Assembly (NCBI RefSeq): GCF_001194135.2 | Contig: NC_068991.1 | Location: 44,261,388 to 44,325,387 of the forward strand | From: Octopus bimaculoides | Taxonomy: Eukaryota | Direction of reading: 5' to 3' | DNA: 64,000 nt | In this document: one piece after another, positions 1-13,214 of the stretch | Numbering within the stretch: the stretch's first letter is position 1 | How the letters are laid out: the number at the start of each line of letters is the position of its first letter | The notes under the pieces: generated by a model | Database searches by the model: none | Seen by the model: only the letters and a program-made list of their open reading frames with translations | Told to the model about the DNA's origin: nothing | Made by a program: the position numbers and the translations under genes

Positions 1-245
1 GTACAATTCCCTGCTACCACTGTTCTTCCAGTCCTTCCAAGCCTGTTTCTTTTGTCTAATAGCCCTGTCTACCTCCTTGTTCCACCACCACATCACTCTG
101 GGTCGAGAGGGGACCTTACACCAGCCACAGATCTGGTCGGTGGCTTTCAACAGGTTGTCCCGCAGAAATCTCCAATTGTCTTCCACATTGTATGATGCTA
201 TATCCCCTTCTATTTCGTCAAATGCTTCAAGTAACTTGTCTCTAT
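1..245 (-). mobile_element. RTE-type LINE ORF2 fragment (endonuclease-RT linker), truncated by window edge
   Basis: Minus strand reads without stops RDKLLEAFDEIEGDIASYNVEDNWRFLRDNLLKATDQICGWCKVPSRPRVMWWWNKEVDRAIRQKKQAWKDWKNSGSRELY (typical 'WWNxEV' linker). Similar at DNA level to the decayed copy near 47150-47280. Confidence 0.8.
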
Positions 246-2451
246 GTAATATATAAAGTGTGTGTGTGCGTGTGCGTGCGTTATTAATTCACTTTATCTT
301 TTGCAAAGAAGAATAGTGTTCATGCCCTTCGAAATATCTGTATCAAGTTTCAATTCCAATAATAACTCTGAATATAGAAGTTTGTGCTAACCTCATTTGC
401 ATCAATCTATATATATATACAGTTTGGTGGGTCTCTTGAAAACAAATATTTTTTCTTGGATTTATTGACACAATTATCATCACTTTAGTCGATCAATAAG
501 CCTAAACAGCATGGTGACTGCTAGATACTAGAATGCTAATTGGAGATTATAAACCAGATTAGCATAAGCATATTTCTGCTGATCTTCTGTTGGTTTGATT
601 TTAGAAACTGATTCTTTTGCTGTATTACATTCGTTTAGTCTGATTGAAAATAAGTGTCTGCATGTCTCTTTAAAAAAGTTGTTACCCATTTATTTTGCCT
701 ATGTGCTGTATTTCAATAACACAGTTTTATTTCATAGCTTGCCAATTTGCTTTTGATAAGAATATCAGCAGGTATTGTCTATTGTAGCAATTAACTTGGA
801 GGAAATTCCAGGATACAAGAGGAAAATTTGATTTCCAATGGAGAGATTATTTTAGGCTGAAAAATTCCTATCATCATTTGTGGTGTTTTTGCTAGATTTT
901 TTTCCTTAATGTTTGCTAAATTTATTTGATAAGTTTTAAGATAAATATTAAATAGTTTTAGTATGTAAGACTTCTTTCTCCTTACATGTGAAGGAGTAAT
1001 TAAGATGGTGATCTTATGAAAGGGAGAAATACTGAGAAAAAGTTAACATTATCATTTGACAATCATATAAGCAGCGTTTAATGATATTAATAAATGACAA
1101 AGCTTAATAAACTCCTAGTTAGACAAATTTTTATCAAAATTCTGAGTATTCATAAAATGATTTACTTTAAAACTTTTAAAAGAAAATATTGTTACCTTGG
1201 TTTCTGGTTTAGTTGGTTGATTTCCTGATTTTATTTACATGCTTGAGTTTATTAATGTATTTGTTGTCACTGTATGAAAGAGAGAGAGAAGGATGGTACA
1301 TGTATACTTGTGTTCATAGAAGATATATAGTATTGTTATACATAAGAATGATGCTTTATAAGAACAAACTCTTGAAGCTTAGGTGTGTTTGCATTTAAAG
1401 TAGCATTAAATAATGATTTCTGGATTTGGCACAAGGCCACACATTTTGGGTAAGGATATGTGTTAAGTTCACACTAGTACTTGAGCGGTTCTTGTTTTAT
1501 TGATTCTTAAAACTATCTTACTAGTTTTATCATTCTATTAATGCAGCTTCTTTTTTTTAAGGCTTCCATTTTTTTCAGTGTTTCTTTCTGTATAAAGGGT
1601 CAAACTCTTTTCAATGTTAGATTTAAAAAATTTCTTCTTGTTTATTTATATGGAATGTTTCTCAAAACTAACAATTACTATTGATAAAAGTAAAGGAAAA
1701 TACTACAAAGCTATTACTCAACATAAGCAGTTCTATGAACACTGCAATGGTGGATGAAATTTCTTTCTAGTCTATATGGCAGCATGCTCTAATGTTTTCA
1801 CTTGAAGCTCTACTAAATGACTTTTATTTCTTATCCAAGCGATTGAAGATGTTTTTCTCTAAATACTTTTCCATATTCATATACTGAATACATTGTTTGT
1901 TGCTTGTCTTGTAACTGAAAAGCTGGAGCTGTTGCACTGAGCAAAGTACTGCTCTCTTTTCTTGAAAAGTTTTAGGAAATTTATAGCAAAGATTATTTGG
2001 TACATGGGAGTGATATTTGCAGAGTTCTTTTTAAATTGTTTCATAAAGTACTTGGTGTCAGAAAAGATCCAATTAGTTTTAAGAACACTTTAAACTTGCC
2101 CCCCCCCTCAATAACTTGTCTTCATTCAGAAAATTATCATATCTGACCTGTCTCTTATTATTGTGAAAATATTTGATAACCAATCTTTTGGTTAAGCCTA
2201 AGATGTCCTTATATAGTTGCTGTTCAGTTTTCACTTGCTTTTAACATTTGCTTTTTTATTATTTTTATTACGCGCGCGCGCACACACACACACACACTGT
2301 ACAAGATAACAGGCATGGTAATAAGGCATTGGATTGCCAGCTCACGGGTAGAAAATTCAAATCTTCTGCAGGAATTACTTTGTATTTTGTGGCATATTAT
2401 TTCATTCTGCTCATTGGGTGTGTGCATCACACACACGCACACACACATACA

Positions 2452-2551
<100 letters not shown>

Positions 2552-3009
2552 TATAACGATGTCTTTCCAACCACTAAAAAGTTGAATAATAAAGGTTTAG
2601 GTCATTTTTCCCTTTTATCAATAAGAGAACTGGAACATGCAAAGTCTATGTGCATTGTTCAAAGGCTCATAATGAATGTAGTAAGTTTGTTTAGTTTAAC
2701 TTCTCAACCTTATTGTGTTCAACACCTTAACTTCTTGGTCATATTGTGTGTGTGTGCATGTGCGTGCGTGCGTGCGTGCTTATGTATGCACATGTAGTAT
2801 TTTGGTTATTTTTGTTTTGTTTGTAAGCACTAGATGGTCCTATTCAGAACTTGCTGCTGAGCAGTAATTCATGATCCTGTAGAACAATTCAGTCGGCACA
2901 TTCAAATTCCTCGGCCATTTTCTAATATCAAATGCAAACATGACCGAAAAAGAAATTCAGTGACAAACCTAAAGCTTTCATCAAGTGATGAGACCTAGGA
3001 CCTTGTATT

Positions 3010-3227
3010 TTAACCCTTTCGTTACTAATTCAGCCGATACCAGCTTTGGCTTTGTAGTACAAATGTCTAAATTTTGAATTAAAATCTTCCACCAAACCTG
3101 TCACAATTTATGTTCCTAACATTAGCTTAATGATAACTAAGTTATTTTACTAAATTCTTTGTTATATTTAAAATAATTGAAAGAAATACAGAGCATCTCA
3201 AAATAAATACAGTAACGAAAGGATTAA
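3010..3227 (+). mobile_element. piggyBac-like MITE, copy 1
   Basis: TTAA-CCCTTTCGTTACT ... AGTAACGAAAGGA-TTAA terminal inverted repeats bounded by TTAA; non-coding interior. Confidence 0.75.
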
Positions 3228-3625
3228 TCCATTGTTGAACTCTTTATGAGTTTGCTCTTCAAGGCATGTAACTTGCTTTTAATTCTCAACTGGTAGCTGC
3301 TTAACTTGTGCCACTAATACCCCAAGAATGAAATAATACCTATTTTCCTATAAATCTCCTATACCTTAGAAATAAATTTAAAAAATGGAAATTACTTTGA
3401 GGAAATATACTTGTTTTAAGATCTGGCCAATGCATTTTTTCTCAGTTCCTGTTCAAAGCTTTTGATTTTATATTGTAATGGCTGTTCTAGCATGTTTTAG
3501 ACCAGTGATTGTAACAACTCTTATAAAAGGTCCAGTTCAGTGTTAGTCTAGCTTAGAGGCTTGGTGATCATTTTGGAGATGGTACTAATAGTTTTCAAGT
3601 TTGACTTGAATTTTTATCTTTCTCC

Positions 3626-3825
3626 TTAACCCTTTCGTTACTGTATTTATTTTGAGATGCTCTGTGTTTCTTTCAATTACTTTAAATATAACAAAGAATT
3701 TAGAGCTAATGTTAGGAACATAAATCGTGACTAAGGTTTGGTGGAAGATTTTAATTCAAAACCTATGAAAACAAGACATTTGTACTCAGAGCCAGTTTCA
3801 GCCTGGTTGGTGACGAAAGGGTTAA
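3626..3825 (-). mobile_element. piggyBac-like MITE, copy 2 (inverted relative to copy 1)
   Basis: TTAACCCTTTCGTTACTGTATTTATTTTGAGATGCTC is the reverse complement of the copy 1 right end; ends GACGAAAGGGTTAA. Confidence 0.75.
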
Positions 3826-6420
3826 ACTCTTATATTCTGTAGAGCCATTAAAAAAAACTATCATAAAGAGGCTGATTCAAATGACTTTACACTTTTATAG
3901 ACATAAAAATCATTATTTATCATTTTCCTAAGACTAGAATGTTTTCTTCTGGTTCAGTATCTATATTAATTTTAATGATATTTAGAATTGTGTGATAAGA
4001 TTAGATATATTATAAGTTACCGTGGCCATTCTGTGAGATAATTTTTTTCCTTTTTGAGTTAAATTAAAACTGTCTTATTTAACTCCATGGGATATAACTA
4101 TTATTAATTTCAATTTTTCAATAGTAAATTATTCTTGTTTTAAATCATCATCATCGCTTTAACATCTACTTTTGCATGGTTGCATGGGTCAAAACATGTC
4201 TTAACATTCAGTTATTGTTTTGTTAAACTTGCCTCTACAGTCTAGGTGTTACTGATGACTTTTATATGAAATGGACAAATACTACTAGAATGAACTTCAT
4301 TAGTATTGACAAGGAGAATGGTAGTCAGTGTTACGCATTAGGAATGATTGTTTATGCTACTTATATTGAGATATTCAGAGAAAAGTGGAGTGAGAAGTGG
4401 GCAAACAAAATCATCATTATTATTATTTTAGCATCTATTTTCTTCCTGGCTGGTTCAGTGCAATGTGGACAACTCTTATTAGCATGTTGTGGCATACATT
4501 CTCATTTTTTTTTTTTTTTTGTGACATCAGACCTTTCCATCCCCCTTCCACAACTTTCTTTGCCACATGTGGAACCCACTTCATTTCCATATATTCACCA
4601 TTTGCATTTCATATGATGTGTGTATTCAAGGGCAGTTGTTTCTTCTGTTTATATTGGCAGATGCCTTTAGTGTTCACTTGCTATTTCAGCTTTCATGTTT
4701 CATTTTTCAAGCATGTTAATGTTGCAAGCTTAACAGATTATACTTGACTTTAACCCTCCTCAATCAACGACTATGTCTCCTGCACCACACCTGTCACCAT
4801 TTATTATTTTTTTAAATATTACTTAGATGTGAGTGGTACAGATCATGATCTTTGCTATGCTCCCATGCTAATTATGTGAATGTGGCTGATACCCTATCTG
4901 AGCATCAATATGTCTTTGGGAAAATGGGAGTCTGTATGCTTTGTAGGGCATCTTGTCCAGATGCTTTTAACAACATGAATTCTTGCTAAAATGCAATCAT
5001 ATCAAGGGAAAATAGAAGTATGCATGTGAGCCTCTTGTCCAAAAGCTTGCAACTGAGTGAATCCTCACTAAAAACCTCCAAAGACCAAGTGATGGTATTA
5101 AACTGTCTGGCATGTTAGTTTGACCATTCATGCCCCATACAGTCTGCCTTTCATAAAGAGAAAGTATTGTTGCTAACTGTTCCCTCAATTTCTACTATCC
5201 TTCTCTTTATTATTAGGACTAACTCCAGTGTTAATTAAGTCATCTAAGTAAACTTATAGTTTGTTCCCTGTGACAGGTACATGATTTCCTTATAGGGATG
5301 GGATAGATGCAGTTAGTTTCTATTAAAGGAATGATTTTAAAAGCAGGAAATAGGTCTTGTGTAGAGATAGTTAATGTAATAACTTAGAAATATCACTAAT
5401 AGCAGATTTAAGGATTGATAAAAATTATCTGCAACAGACAAAAACAGGATGGAAGCATAGTAATTTAAGTGAATCACAGCTTTTTGAATGTAGAGTAATT
5501 CCATTCATCTACTCTCTATAACTGATTGTTTCTAGTTAGGTTTATTGTGCACCAATCTCGTCATTGTATTAACATACTCACACTTCAAAAATATATTAGA
5601 ATGATTTTGGAACAAAGTCAGTATTTTGATTTTATCTAAGAAGAACAATCCGTAAACTTAGTTGAAAGAAAATTTTTCTATTCCAAAAAAAGAAAGTTTA
5701 GTGCTATAACCATATAATAACCTATCGAATATTCAAAGGCTGTGTGGATTACAAGTTTCCATCAATATAAGATAGCTAGCAGAGCATTTCAGTTGCACAT
5801 AAACATTCTCTGATGCACAAAATATTATAACACCATTATGAGGTTGTCTAATGTAAGCCAGTATTAATTATGAGTTTGGAAAGGTTCCAAATATAACTGG
5901 GTAAACTAACCAAAATTAATATAGAGAGTGGGTGGGGGATATATTAACAGGCAAAGGATGGTAGTGGTAGTATAAACCTTATTTGAAAACGTAACATTTT
6001 GTAAATTCACTGAAAAATTAAGATTTGAGCTAATTTATTTTATTGCAAAGTCTGTGCAAGTAATCTTACCTTCATTTCTAATAACATTAAAACCTGCAGA
6101 TTATAGTCTTGCAACTTAGATATTTTTAAATACACTTCTTTACAAATAGAAGTCAGATATTAACAGTGACATATGACATAAATAATAGAATGCAAGCTTG
6201 AATTGAAAAGTTAATTGAAACTATCTTTGATTTTTTTCAAAGGAATCTCTTGAGGCTGAAAGTCTTTTCACTGCCTCTGACTTAAGCCAATAGTTTTTTT
6301 TTTAAATATAATATTTGGCAGCTTCAATCATTTTATTTTTGAAATTCAGAAGTTATATTGATCTAGCAGAGATACCTGGCCTTGCCCGGGATTAAAATGG
6401 CATAGATTTTTATTGCTTTA

Positions 6421-6734
6421 CTTGTTTCAGTCATGTGACTGCGGCCATGCTGGAGCACCACCGTTGGTCTAAGAAATCAACCACAGGATTTATTCTTTGT
6501 AAATCTAGTACTCATTCTGTCAGTGTCTTTTACCAAACCGCTAAGTTACAGAAATGTAAACACAACATCAGTTGTCAAGCAATGGTGGGGGTACAAACAC
6601 AAGACATAGGCACACACATACACAAATATATATATATATACGACAGTCTTCTTTCAGTTTCCAAGTACGAAATCCACTCACAAAGTTTTGGTCGGCCTGA
6701 GGCTATAATAAGCATATATATATATATATATATA
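6421..6734 (-). mobile_element. tRNA-derived SINE (tail plus core), running into a (TA)n tract and gap
   Basis: TGTTTCAGTCATGTGACTGCGGCCATGCTGGAGCACC tail and TTCTTTCAGTTTCC...AATCCACTCACAAAG core are shared with copies at 13829, 22397 and 61151. Confidence 0.75.
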
Positions 6735-6816
6735 NNNNNNNNNNNNNNNNNNNNNNNNNNNNNNNNNNNNNNNNNNNNNNNNNNNNNNNNNNNNNNNNNN
6801 NNNNNNNNNNNNNNNN

Positions 6817-6862
<46 letters not shown>

Positions 6863-7922
6863 CACAGGAGTGGCTGTGTGTTAGCACATTAGCACAATGA
6901 ATGTTTTTAAATATAACCTTCACTTTCTGTATGCACATGGAAAAACTTGTAAACTTTTGTAAATGATTGTGGGCATGCAAGAGTATGGGCACATGTTTTT
7001 GTTACAAAAATTTTGTCAGGAATCCATTTTTAACTTTTAAATTAGCCTGTCTTGAAAACTTAAGTTGATATTTTGATATTCTGACACCTGATTGAAGACC
7101 ACAATTTGGTAAATTAAGGCAAAATCGAAATACTAAATATATCTCAATTTTATATTGAAATGTATTAATTTTTTCAGTAGTTTAGTCAAAAAGCATATAC
7201 TTTATAAGTGTATAATCTATCTTTTGTAATGTAATACAGACGCATAGGATGGCAGAAAATGGCAAAACTGATGTATGTATCAATCTTTGGAAGTAAAAGA
7301 AATTTATATGTAGCTCTTCAGTAATTCTGAAAGAAGAATGTTGCAATATAATTTTTGCAGAAAAGGACTTCTGAAATAAAATTAGGTTTATATTTTGTTT
7401 GTACAGGTACATATGATGATTAAGTTATTCACTTAATATTGATAAAATGCCTCAATTCTTCATAATTCTAGGGCAAAAATTGAGTTAGTTTCTTATGAAT
7501 AAACACTCATTTATAGAATACAATGAAATTGATCTGCATCTTAATTATTAGACTGAGGTGTTGTATGTGCCTGGATGCTTGTGACTTAAACTTTGGAAGT
7601 TGTATCTTGCTGCAGCAAGAAACTGCATTCTTCAAGTGTTTTTCATTTAAAGTATTTTTAATATGTTGTGCAGGTGGTCTATAGTTGTGGTTTATGTACA
7701 ACCACTTGTAATACATATAACTTTACAGTTTGTGTTCTTTGTAGTTTGTTGTGGAGAGGCAGGTGTTAGCTGCATATTCTTTTCATTAACAATTTACTTG
7801 TTTTCTGCTAATTTATTTAACTCTTCAAAATGTTTTAAAAATCTTTTTGAATTGAATTCTTTGTAACGAGAGGGTATTACAAATCACTATATATATATAT
7901 ATATATTTTTTATCTTTTGCAG

Positions 7923-7976
7923 GTTGCTATAAAAATCATAGACAAAACACAGATGAACCCTTCCAGTTTGCAAAAG
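7923..7976 (+). CDS. MARK: MARK/PAR-1 kinase exon (54 nt): VAIKIIDKTQMNPSSLQK, includes catalytic VAIK lysine
   Basis: tttgcag|GTTGCT...CAAAAG|gtaact; phase 0/0; classic MARK subdomain II sequence. Confidence 0.95.
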
Positions 7977-10549
7977 GTAACTTTATTTTCATATTTTCTA
8001 GTAAGAATTATTTCTTACTTGAGAAAATATTTTAACTTTTTCCCTACACTAGTTATATAATTGCATTCTAAATGTTTATTTATACATCTTGTAATCATGA
8101 AGGTCACTTCTGTTATACTTGGGTTACCATTGTTAATTCTGTATAACACATTGTCAGCAGCTACAGAAAATTTTGATATTTACTCATACATATCAGTCGA
8201 ACAAACTCAGAGAGAGTGAGTCAGATGTGTTTGCAACAATCAGTTATTTAATACATCTTAATGTTTATCTCACTGTGATTTTTCTGCTCACAGTGCCAAT
8301 ATTTAAATTCACTGCTAGTTTTATTTTGTCAAATATGTACAGAAATCCATTGTGAGAAAATTTTTCCTTTTTATATTTTATCAGTATTGCACCAGCCATT
8401 ATATACATAAAGTGAAGCAGAAAGCTAAATGAAGTTTAGAAACTAACTTAGTTGTTGCTATCAACTAGAATAAAAATGAAATGTTCATAGTGCAGAAGGT
8501 CACAAGAGTACAAAACAGTTCATGTCAAATAAGTTGGTGTTGAATCTGTAATGCCAAATAGGTGGGGTTAAAACAGGTGTACCAAAATGTCGTATATGCA
8601 GATAAGGACCAGCCAACTACTTGGGTTGTACCACAGTTAGAAATAATTATTATGATTGTACAATATCTGAATACTAGCCTATATGTGATGCAGTGCTGCT
8701 GTGGATTTTAAGATCATATAACTCACATTATTTATAATGCATGCTTGCATAAGAGCAACATGGATTGCAAATTAGGATATTGTAAGAGCAAGTATTTTTA
8801 TACTTGGATAATCTTTCTATTCCTATCATTGTAATCATAAACGTAAAAGAAATTGCTGTCAGTCAGGTACACTGTGATAGCATAACAATGAAGGCATTCT
8901 CTGTGACCCTCCCAACTATTGACTTATCGTTCTCCAACATCTCAAAGGTGATGTAAACAGTCATTAACAATCACTGTCTCCAACCTCTTTAAGCCTGTTT
9001 TCGTACTCATTGACTTCAATAAGTAGATGTCATTCAGTAAACAGTGGTCCTTCATTATTGATAAATTTAATGGAAGCAACGTTATTGTACTTAACTGAAG
9101 TAAAGTCTTTGACCATGTCGTGAACAAAAATTTCCAAGTGATGCTGGCTGTCTATGGATGCCAGCCAGCTCTCAAATCTTAGATTAGAAGATTGTTGACA
9201 TGGCTCTCTCTCACCCACACTGTATTAATGCTGATGTATCCATGGAGTTGTTATGCTCCACATTCTTTCTCCTGTACATCAATTCTAACAATGCTCACTC
9301 CTATGCAGATAATGCCATTAATCACGCTTTTTAGCATTCTGCATGTACATTCTACTGAAATAGCTTGTGACAAAATTGTACAGTCTCTGTGAACAAAGAC
9401 CCTAAAAACATCCTCCAGTGAGTACATGACTTAATCTCTGTTCATATCATGGAAATAGTCTTATACTGATCTTTCTCCACATACATAACATAGTTAAAAA
9501 CAGCAACCTAGATTTGCTCTCCTCTTTCGAAAAACACTTGAGTTGTTGACTTTTTTCAAAGCCTAAGTAAGACCTGTAGTAGAATGCTGCTCCCATATCT
9601 AGTGCAGGATTACTGATACCCCCCTCTATACTTACACACACATACACAAAATCTTACTATTTGTTGTGGGTCCTGCAGAAGCTCAGCTTGCATGTCTTCC
9701 ATGCTGGCATGGATTGGATGGTTCAAGAGGATCCAGCAAGCCAGAAGACTTCGTCAAGCTCCAGTCTGCTTTGGTATGGTTTCTGCTGCTGGGAACCCTT
9801 GCTAATGCCAACAACTTTACAGTGTGTTCTGGGTGCATATTTTTTTTGTGGTACTGGTACTAGTGAAGTCACTAAGTAATTCAGAAGACTTCTTGACTGA
9901 GTTGGGGTGTAATATTGAGGGGAGTGATTTTGTGCCAGGTATTGACAGGCTTGAGTGATAGCAACAGGTTTCTTGCTGTAGAAGAGATTCACGACTATCC
10001 CAGCTGGAAAGAGGGAAAAAATGGTGGTGATGAGTCGTTGGGGTGTACCCTCAAGTTATAAGAAGGTAAATATAAGAGAGAACAAGGACAGAGGAACAGG
10101 AAGAGTGGATGGGTAAGTTGGTGAGTGTGAAAGGGGTGTGACAGATGCTTAGAAATGGAGAGGAGATGAATGCAGTGAATGGTGAATGTGGGTGAAAGTG
10201 TGGTCAGTGGGGAATACCAGTTAGAGTGAAAGTTAGGGAGGAGATGAGAAATAGGAGGGGGGTGATCTGATGTGTGAGATGGAGTGAGAGACGTATAGTA
10301 ACAGATGGAAGTCAGAGCTACATGAGTGGATATAGGAATGAACAAAGATGGAGTCAATGGCAGATATTAGGGGTATTCAATAGAAAATAAAGTGGGACGA
10401 GATAGTATTGAGAATGTGGATGTGTGATAATAGAAGTGGTTCCAAGGAGAAGGTTAAGTGGCAGCATAAAAGAGAGCTCACATAGGTGCAGTTCTGCTCT
10501 GAGTGAATAGTGCCATAGTTAGAAGAGTGAAGGAGGACAAGTTATAAGG

Positions 10550-11440
10550 AAGATGAGATTTCGGGAAGGCTCAGCAGGTACAGATTGGGTGCAGGGACAT
10601 AATATGCTTTTAAGATCTCATTTTTGCCAAGATAGATGGCATAGCAAATCACCACTCATTTCAGTCTTTGTCATTTCTTCTGTGGGGCTCAACATCCTGA
10701 AGTTGGTCTTCATTACTTCATCCCGTATTTTTGTGGGTCTCCCTCTTCCATATATTTTGCAATTGTCCTCATCCATATGCATCACATTACCATACTAGCA
10801 CAGTTTTCTCTCTTGCACACTACTTCTGGCACTTATGTCCAATTTTTCTCTCAACACATTTGCACTTTGTTGTACATGCACACTGATGTTTTACATTTAG
10901 CAGAGTATGCTAGTTTCCTTTCTTTGTAATCTTTGCATGTCCTCTGCATTTATGGCCCATCTATTGCTACCCTGTAGGATTGCTCTTCATACACATGCTT
11001 CAGACTGTCTACCTTCCACTCTGAAAGAGAAGCCTTGTGTTACCAACAGAGGTGATAGCTTGTCAAACTTTCTCTGCTGTGTTCTTATTTTAGCAACTAT
11101 ACTTTTAGAACATTCTCCTCCATTGCTAATTTGATCACCTAGGTAATAACAGCTCCTCTTGGGTATTTGAGAAAATCCATTTCCTGTGTTCTTAGTGCTT
11201 ATTTCTTTTGTGCATCTGCCCTATACAAAATCTACTTTCTTTTTTTAATCTTTCTGTAATTCCAGTGCACCCCTTATGTATCCATAGTTTGCATTGGCTG
11301 CACTGTATGGAATATCTACTTGCACCTTTTATCCATATCAAACAGAGGAATTTTCCTGAAGCAATTAGCCTCATGTTTGCTTTCCTACTTACTAGAACTT
11401 TAACTTGAAGGCCTTTGATGCCGAGTTTTACTTCCAAACC
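10550..11440 (-). mobile_element. Decayed RTE LINE 3' portion
   Basis: Reverse complement of ~11010-11080 matches 48820-48880 of the + strand LINE. ORF 11192-11437 has SIQCSQCKLWIHKGCTGI, matching the Cys-rich motif at ~48600 (VRCTLCNLWTYKRCSNI). Boundaries approximate. Confidence 0.7.
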
Positions 11441-11474
11441 TGGAATTTCCGTTCATATTTCCTCTCTCTCTCTT

Positions 11475-11514
<40 letters not shown>

Positions 11515-11897
11515 GTCTGAACTGAATCTCAACACATCTGATAAAGCTTGAATCATGATTAAATAGATAGTAGTATAATATTTAACCTTATTACTTGATA
11601 CTTTTTTTTTGTTCTTGACCTTACTATTCCTTGAATCTTTGATTTTTGAGCAGGCCACAAATGTTTTTCTGCTTGTTTCAATTTTGTTTTATAATGTATA
11701 TCTTATGTGTATATACACCTACCCAGACTTAGATAATGCAACCATAATTATTGTTACCCCACACAAAGCTTTCATGTGTATATTCAGATATACTTACAGA
11801 AGTGCACACATTCACAGGCCTATATATACATATCTAGTATAAGCATATGAAGATTAGTTTCCAGCTGGAATTATCCTGGTGCTAATTTGGCTTGCAC

Positions 11898-12004
<107 letters not shown>

Positions 12005-13214
12005 AGTTTTTTATTTATTTTGTGCATTGCATTTTTCATTCCTTCATTAGCTGCAGTTCTTTGTGGGATATTTCTGTCTGTTAGGCATATCAATCATATC
12101 TTACTTCATTAATCTTTGATGGCAGTAGATAGATAAAGATATTCAAATACTGTTTGATTAAATCTCTTCCTTTTGTCAATGCAAGTTCCAGTCCTGTCAG
12201 GACTAACATTGCTCTTCTCTCCTTTGGAATCTATAAAGCTGAGTTTGAACCATGTGAAGTCAATTCTTTTTATCCCAAATTTGTAGCTTTGCCAGTCTAT
12301 GAAATCACTATCATCATCATTGTTAGTAGAGTATGGTGGATATCAATGAATAGAGCTCAAGACAAAATGTCTACTATTTAGTTAAGACCCTTTTATTTTC
12401 TGAGGTCAAAAAAAGGCTATCTTTGCATTTCATCCTTGGTAAAATTAGTAGTTAGGTGCTGAGGGACATCTCTAAATGTGTGACTAACTTAGAAGACATC
12501 CCGAGATAGTCTTGATGAGTCTTTATTCCTTGGGGTTGATAAAATAAAGTCTTTCAGGTATTAGGGTCGATGGTATTGGCTAACCCCTTCCCCTCAAAAA
12601 TTGCTGGCCTTTTTTCTAAAATAGTGACTGTTATTATTAGTGTTACTGTTATATGTTCAGTGACTTAAATTAATGTAATATTACATAAATGAAGAGCAAC
12701 TATTAAATAAAATGAAATTAAACCAGATATTCTTTTGGTTAATTTGATGGCTAATTTTTATATTTAAACTGAAAATTTTGTGTTTAGACCTATTAAACTG
12801 TGTTTTGTAAAATAAATCTAAGTTTAATTATCAGTTAGTTTTAACTAACTTATATCAGAAACATAATTAAAAATCTTCAGCTTGGAATTTTATTTCTGAA
12901 TGAATTTGGGGCTTATGCCAAGAGAAACATTGGATCTCGCTTGCATCATATCTATCCGGCTATTGCCCAATGGACTACAGAATGAGACAAGATAGAAAAG
13001 TTTTGAATAGGAAAAAAAAAATTAAAGTTATGACAAATCTCTGTTCCAATATTGAGGTTGAATGAAACCTTTGAATATCCTGTTGCAGATTTACTCAAGT
13101 GTTTTCAGAGTTAATGTATGTCAGAATGCATTTTCTATACAGTATTTTAGAATTTTTAAAATATTGGATCAATAAAAGAATTACTAAGGGAGAGATCTCA
13201 TCAGATCAAGACAA

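Noticed and set aside
8880-9650. Possible second-clade non-LTR retrotransposon remnant on the minus strand
   Set aside because: Only vague motif resemblance (NPALDMGAAFYY); too decayed to call from sequence alone.
9995-10540. Long purine-rich, GA/GT-biased stretch (similar ones at ~19750-20140, ~57200-57600 and ~59990-60120)
   Set aside because: Low-complexity sequence adjoining LINE remnants; no periodic unit or coding signal identified.
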